From contig JBCAXK010000047.1 in NCBI GenBank assembly GCA_038534095.1, positions 1 to 11,388 on the forward strand: DNA of 11,388 bases, written 5' to 3'. Made by a program: the position numbers and the translations under genes. Of this stretch, positions 7,900 to 11,388 are shown piece after piece. Under the pieces are notes generated by a model. It had not been told where the DNA came from and ran no database searches. It worked only from the letters and a program-made list of their open reading frames with translations. Origin of the DNA: Chlamydiota bacterium. GTDB lineage: Bacteria; Chlamydiota; Chlamydiia; Chlamydiales; SM23-39. Each line of letters begins with the position of its first letter. Within the stretch, counting starts at the first letter, position 1.

Positions 7900-8631
7900 T
7901 TAAAGAGAAGTAGTACGCGTTGTAGACGATGTTTTTTTCGTAGGAACTGCTGGTTTCTCTGGAATAGGAAACTGTTTCCGAAGCGTTACGTAATCCCAAA
8001 ACTCGATGGTTCCTTCATCCATGTTGTAGTAAGCAAGCTGAAGAAGAAGGGTTTTTTGGTCGACTTTCTTTTTGATGACAGGGTCGGCCATCACCTTGTC
8101 TGCTATAGCAAGGGTATGCTGTTGCATAGAAGAAACAAGCAGATCAGAGTCCCCCTGCTTCTTGGCTGTTTGAATAGACGGCCGGATATTTTTTTCAATG
8201 ATCGGGATATGCTTTGTTTTCCCTTTGATCACCGTTTTGAGAAGGTCGGAATTTCCATGTGCTAAAATGAGAATCATTGAGGGAGAAAACTGAGTAACTC
8301 CATAACGGACGGTATCCATTTGTGACTTACAAAGAAAGCTTCCTGCTGTTCTCATCACAAACAGATCTCCAAATCCCTGATCAAAAATAATTTCTGGAAT
8401 CACGTTCGCATTAGAAGCGGTAACAACCACAGCAAACGGTTTTCTCTTATCCTTAAGCGATCGAATTCTATCCTCGTTACGGTTTGGATAACGGGAAGTA
8501 TTTTGTAAAAAGCGGCTGTTCCCTTTCTTCAAACGATCAACAGCATCTAGGCTGATCTCTTGATCGGAATTTTGGTCACAAGAAACATTGATCAACAATA
8601 CTAATAGCAAAAAAAATCGAACATAATGCAT
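7900..8631 (-). CDS. Beta-class carbonic anhydrase-like lipoprotein, predicted catalytically inactive
   Basis: The scaffold RLKKGNSRF...PFAVVV...PEIIFDQGFGDLFVMRTAG...ILILAH...AYYNMDEGTIEF is clearly beta-CA, but CxDxR reads ASNAN and HxxC reads HGNS. It has a lipoprotein-type signal (LLINVS-C18) and an AAGGCGGTG RBS. Confidence 0.88.
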   Translation of the reverse strand: MHYVRFFLLLVLLINVSCDQNSDQEISLDAVDRLKKGNSRFLQNTSRYPNRNEDRIRSLKDKRKPFAVVVTASNANVIPEIIFDQGFGDLFVMRTAGSFLCKSQMDTVRYGVTQFSPSMILILAHGNSDLLKTVIKGKTKHIPIIEKNIRPSIQTAKKQGDSDLLVSSMQQHTLAIADKVMADPVIKKKVDQKTLLLQLAYYNMDEGTIEFWDYVTLRKQFPIPEKPAVPTKKTSSTTRTTSL

Positions 8632-8826
8632 AGATCACCGCCTTACTTACTACATATCAATTTTTCGAAAATTTCAAAAGATCTTTTTTCCTTTTCTACA
8701 TCTTTCGTCTCTTCTTTCCGAAAAAATCTTGCGGGCTTTATTTTCCGTTTTTCCTAATTAGAAAAATGTCGACTGAAACGATGTCCTCAGCATAGTTCAA
8801 GCCGCGCTAATAGAACCATAAGAAGA

Positions 8827-8852
8827 GAGCGCTAAACGCAACTTTAGCGCTC
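8827..8852 (-). terminator. Intrinsic terminator downstream of hsp20
   Basis: 10-bp perfect stem GAGCGCTAAA / TTTAGCGCTC with a 6-nt loop, 7 nt after the hsp20 stop, followed on the minus strand by TCTTCTTAT. Confidence 0.7.
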
Positions 8853-8859
8853 AAAATAG

Positions 8860-9246
8860 TTACTTTGCGTGCACCTTAATGCAGCGTGATTTTTGGTTTT
8901 CCTCCACTTTTGTAAACGAGACTGTGAGTATTCCTCTATCGAGCTCTGCGTGAGGATCTTGATGCGCGTCAATATTGCCTGGAACATAAAGTTCATAAGC
9001 AAATGTTTTTTTTGCTTTCCGGTAATATTTCTTATCTTCTGTTTCTTCTTCTTGATTTTCAGCGTGGATGATCAGATACCGATCATGAAACTCCACGCGA
9101 ATATCTTCTATATTCATACCAGGGGCGTGCACTTCGACGCACACCTTTTCCCTATCCTCATAGATACTGAAGGGCAGATCTTCAATAAGATCGCTTCCGG
9201 AGAAGAGGGATGGAAAGCGCAAAAAAGGCTTCGGTAAATGACTCAT
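8860..9246 (-). CDS. Small heat shock protein, Hsp20/alpha-crystallin family
   Basis: SIYEDREKVCVEVHAPG...IRVEF...YYRK...VPGNID...AELDRGILTVSFTK. The ATG at 9246 has a strong AGGAGG RBS (128 aa). The ORF-track TTG at 9303 coincides with the -35 box. Confidence 0.92.
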   Translation of the reverse strand: MSHLPKPFLRFPSLFSGSDLIEDLPFSIYEDREKVCVEVHAPGMNIEDIRVEFHDRYLIIHAENQEEETEDKKYYRKAKKTFAYELYVPGNIDAHQDPHAELDRGILTVSFTKVEENQKSRCIKVHAK

Positions 9247-9275
9247 AAAATACCTCCTAGTTAAATCCATATGAG

Positions 9276-9303
9276 ATTTTAGAGCTAGGTTATTTGCTGT
9301 CAA
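9276..9303 (-). promoter_or_regulatory. Sigma70-type promoter of hsp20
   Basis: Minus strand TTGACA (9303-9298), 16-nt spacer, TAAAAT (9281-9276), about 30 nt upstream of the ATG. Confidence 0.7.
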
Positions 9304-9353
9304 TAAAATTTTGTATAGAAAAGCTTTGTAGAAAGGATGTGACCCGCTCTTTT

Positions 9354-10817
9354 TTATAGCTTAGTTTTTTGATGTAGAAACTGTTCAGCAAGAGCGCGAA
9401 GCTGTTTTTTTCTTTCTTGTGGCATTTTCTCGAATAATTTCACCATCATATTTAATCGGGGTTGCGTCTGTAAAAACCGTTTCTTTTTCTCCACAAATCT
9501 CCAGTAAAGACCATCGATGATTAGGCACGATTCTTCTTTTTTATGATCGCTCATTTTGAGCAAATAGTTTGAACCACAAATGTAGGGTTTTGTCGCAAAA
9601 ATGCCCCCATCACTGAATTGCCCCATCCCATAGACATTTGGCCCCATGACCCAGTCTGCGCTATCGACAAAAAGCTCCATAAACCATACAAACACTTCCT
9701 TCGGATGAATCTCCGACAGTAGCATGAGGTTACTGAGAACCATAAGACGTTCAATATGATGACAATAACCCCATTGTACAGCTTTTTGGATCGTCTTATC
9801 TAAAAGAACAATCCCCGTATCGCCCGAATACCAAGAAGAGGTCATTTTTCTTTTGTGTCCAAAAAAATTGGACGACGCTTCTTTCGCTCCAAAGGCTCTG
9901 TCGATTCCCCGAATGAATTCTCGCCAGCCAATCACTTGTCGAATAAATCCTTCAAGGGAGTTCAATGGAATCTTTTTTTGCTCTAAAACTCTGTCAATCA
10001 CCTCTTTTGGCGTGAGAAGACCAATATTCAAAAGGGGCGAGAGTACTGAGTGGAACAAAAAGGGATCACGATCAGAAATAGCATCTTCATAGGGACCAAA
10101 CAACAGCAGATCTACCTCGATAAACTCCTCCAGCCACAAAAGAGCCTGTTTGCGAGTAACAGGTAGCCAGCAATCTTCCGTACTACCAGGATGATCCGGA
10201 AACATCTTCTCTACAAGCGCTCTAACCTCTTTTTGGTGAGGTGAAGGTTTAGGGAATTTTTTCCGAGGAATGTGCTGCGATTTTGGTAATGGTTTGCGAT
10301 TTTCCGCATCAAAACTCCATTTCCCCCCCTTTGGTTTCCCTTTTTCTAGTAAAATGTCCTGTTTTTTGCGCATCCCTTCGTAAAAATGCTGCATACGGAC
10401 TGTTTTTCTCTTCTGAAAATAGCCATCCATTTCCTCCTCTGTTTGCAAAAATAGAGGACTTGGATACGTTTTGTACCCCATTCCCTTGTCCTGACAGTAC
10501 TCCCGAAGAGCTTGATCAAGGTACCTCTCTTCAACGGCAAACATCTCTAATAACTCGCATCCCTTCATCACTTCATCAAGCGCCTCAAGAAATGTCTTTT
10601 TCTTATCTAATGGAATGTAGGTCACTTGATACCCTTTTTCTTTTAGCGAATCGCGATAATTGCGCATGGATTCGATAAAAAATACTAGCCGTTTTTTGTG
10701 GTACTTGTACCTGGCAAAGTAATCAAGGCCTTCGATCATAATCAGCTTGTGTTGTTTGTAAGCTTTAAGATGATCTAAAGGGAATAGATGGGAGGGTAGT
10801 AGCAAAAAAGTATTCAT
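9354..10817 (-). CDS. Bacterial (6-4) photolyase / cryptochrome (PhrB/CryB-related), Fe-S-lacking subtype
   Basis: Shows YHKKRL...SMR, GGKWSFDAENRK, FGPYEDA, LFHSVLSPLLNIGLL, EGFIRQVIGWREF, YCHHIERLM, FVDSADWVMGPNVYGM and ATKPY. The Fe-S Cys pattern is absent. Confidence 0.93.
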   Translation of the reverse strand: MNTFLLLPSHLFPLDHLKAYKQHKLIMIEGLDYFARYKYHKKRLVFFIESMRNYRDSLKEKGYQVTYIPLDKKKTFLEALDEVMKGCELLEMFAVEERYLDQALREYCQDKGMGYKTYPSPLFLQTEEEMDGYFQKRKTVRMQHFYEGMRKKQDILLEKGKPKGGKWSFDAENRKPLPKSQHIPRKKFPKPSPHQKEVRALVEKMFPDHPGSTEDCWLPVTRKQALLWLEEFIEVDLLLFGPYEDAISDRDPFLFHSVLSPLLNIGLLTPKEVIDRVLEQKKIPLNSLEGFIRQVIGWREFIRGIDRAFGAKEASSNFFGHKRKMTSSWYSGDTGIVLLDKTIQKAVQWGYCHHIERLMVLSNLMLLSEIHPKEVFVWFMELFVDSADWVMGPNVYGMGQFSDGGIFATKPYICGSNYLLKMSDHKKEESCLIIDGLYWRFVEKKKRFLQTQPRLNMMVKLFEKMPQERKKQLRALAEQFLHQKTKL

Positions 10818-11147
10818 AGCTCTAATCTACTGCAATGCACCTTTTTTTAACCGACAATTGTAAAATCAGATGCCATATTCAGATGACACATCTAGCAGCC
10901 TCCTAGCGAGGAGGTTTTCCCGATCGGTTTTGGGCAGGCTTTCTCCTTGTAGAATCGAATTTTTGTGTCTGCATGCATTGTGCCCGTTCACTCTGCACAT
11001 CGCAAAGCGCCTTCTTAAACAAAGAAGCCGGCGATACTACTTATCTATTCCCAACGGATTGTGTTTCCTGGGCATTTAGAAGGAACATTGTGCTCTCATC
11101 TCAATCTGATACTGATCATCGTTAGTATGTTACTTTTTCCTAAGTTT

Positions 11148-11176
11148 TTGTCGTTTCAAACGACTTATGATACAGT
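11148..11176 (+). promoter_or_regulatory. Candidate promoter of the GyrI-like gene with an overlapping 15-bp palindrome
   Basis: TTGTCG (11148-11153), 17-nt spacer, TACAGT (11171-11176) preceded by TGn. The palindrome GTCGTTT-C-AAACGAC lies at 11150-11164. Confidence 0.45.
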
Positions 11177-11205
11177 AATATTTCTACATCTTGGAGGAGA
11201 CTCAC

Positions 11206-11388
11206 ATGGATCCATTCAAAGTCATTGGCATTTCTATTCGGACAACAAATCAAAACCATCAATCATCAAAAGACCTGCCTCCACTATGGAAAAATTTTTT
11301 TTCCTCAAACGTTTTGGAAAAAATCCCCAATATAGTCTTTTTCATACTCTGTATAGATGCTGTAAATGTCTGAAGAGACTTTATTGGG
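11206..11388 (+). pseudogene. GyrI-like small-molecule-binding domain gene, interrupted by an inverted segment (real or artefactual)
   Basis: GGAGGAG RBS, then MDPFKVIGISIRTTNQNHQSSKDLPPLWKNFFSSNVLEKIPN, a typical GyrI-like N-terminus. As given, the frame stops at 11371-11373, but the reverse complement of 11332-11388 encodes PNKVSSDIYSIYTEYEKDY, the expected continuation. Confidence 0.8.
11326..11388. repeat. Imperfect inverted repeat bounding the inverted segment
   Basis: Left arm CCCAATA-T-AGTCT-TT-TTCA (11326-11344). Right arm TGAA-G-AGACT-T-TATTGGG (11371-11388), whose reverse complement is CCCAATA-A-AGTCT-C-TTCA. Confidence 0.85.

Noticed and set aside
7900..7914. C-terminal TTSL of the CA-like protein as a class I PDZ-binding motif
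   Set aside because: The motif is too short to be significant in a Thr/Ser-rich tail, and there is no evidence the lipoprotein reaches host cytosol.
513..10678. Short antisense or alternate-frame ORFs in the track (e.g. 513-701, 1593-1808, 3502-3801, 4412-4714, 7810-8265, 8893-9237, 10283-10678)
   Set aside because: They overlap well-supported genes and lack motifs or RBSs, so they are treated as shadow ORFs.
10870..11079. 69-aa plus-strand ORF, and a possible small Cys-rich gene upstream of the photolyase
   Set aside because: There is no RBS or recognisable motif, and minus-strand translations show no DUF2256-like CxxC pattern.

Overview
AT-rich bacterial DNA. An environmental Chlamydiae-like origin is inferred from the style of the Hsp20, the glycosyltransferases and the orphan membrane proteins, but is not proven. 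The left part is a surface-glycoprotein locus. It holds the 3' end of a Thr-rich BclA-like collagen (38 uninterrupted Gly-X-Y triplets built from 117-bp tandem units, plus a BclA-C/C1q-like head). A GT92-like protein with eroded catalytic motifs and an intact GT2-TPR glycosyltransferase follow, both with N-terminal signal or anchor peptides. A secreted Asp-box sialidase-like gene converges on them. The middle has a helical hypothetical protein, an internally duplicated membrane protein, an alpha/beta hydrolase, a small secreted beta-rich protein, and a lipoprotein beta-carbonic anhydrase homologue lacking both Zn-binding Cys and the Asp-Arg dyad. The right part has Hsp20, an Fe-S-less bacterial (6-4) photolyase, and a GyrI-like gene whose continuation lies inverted on the opposite strand between imperfect inverted repeats at the window end (a true micro-inversion or a fold-back artefact). 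No rRNA, tRNA, CRISPR array or mobile element was seen.
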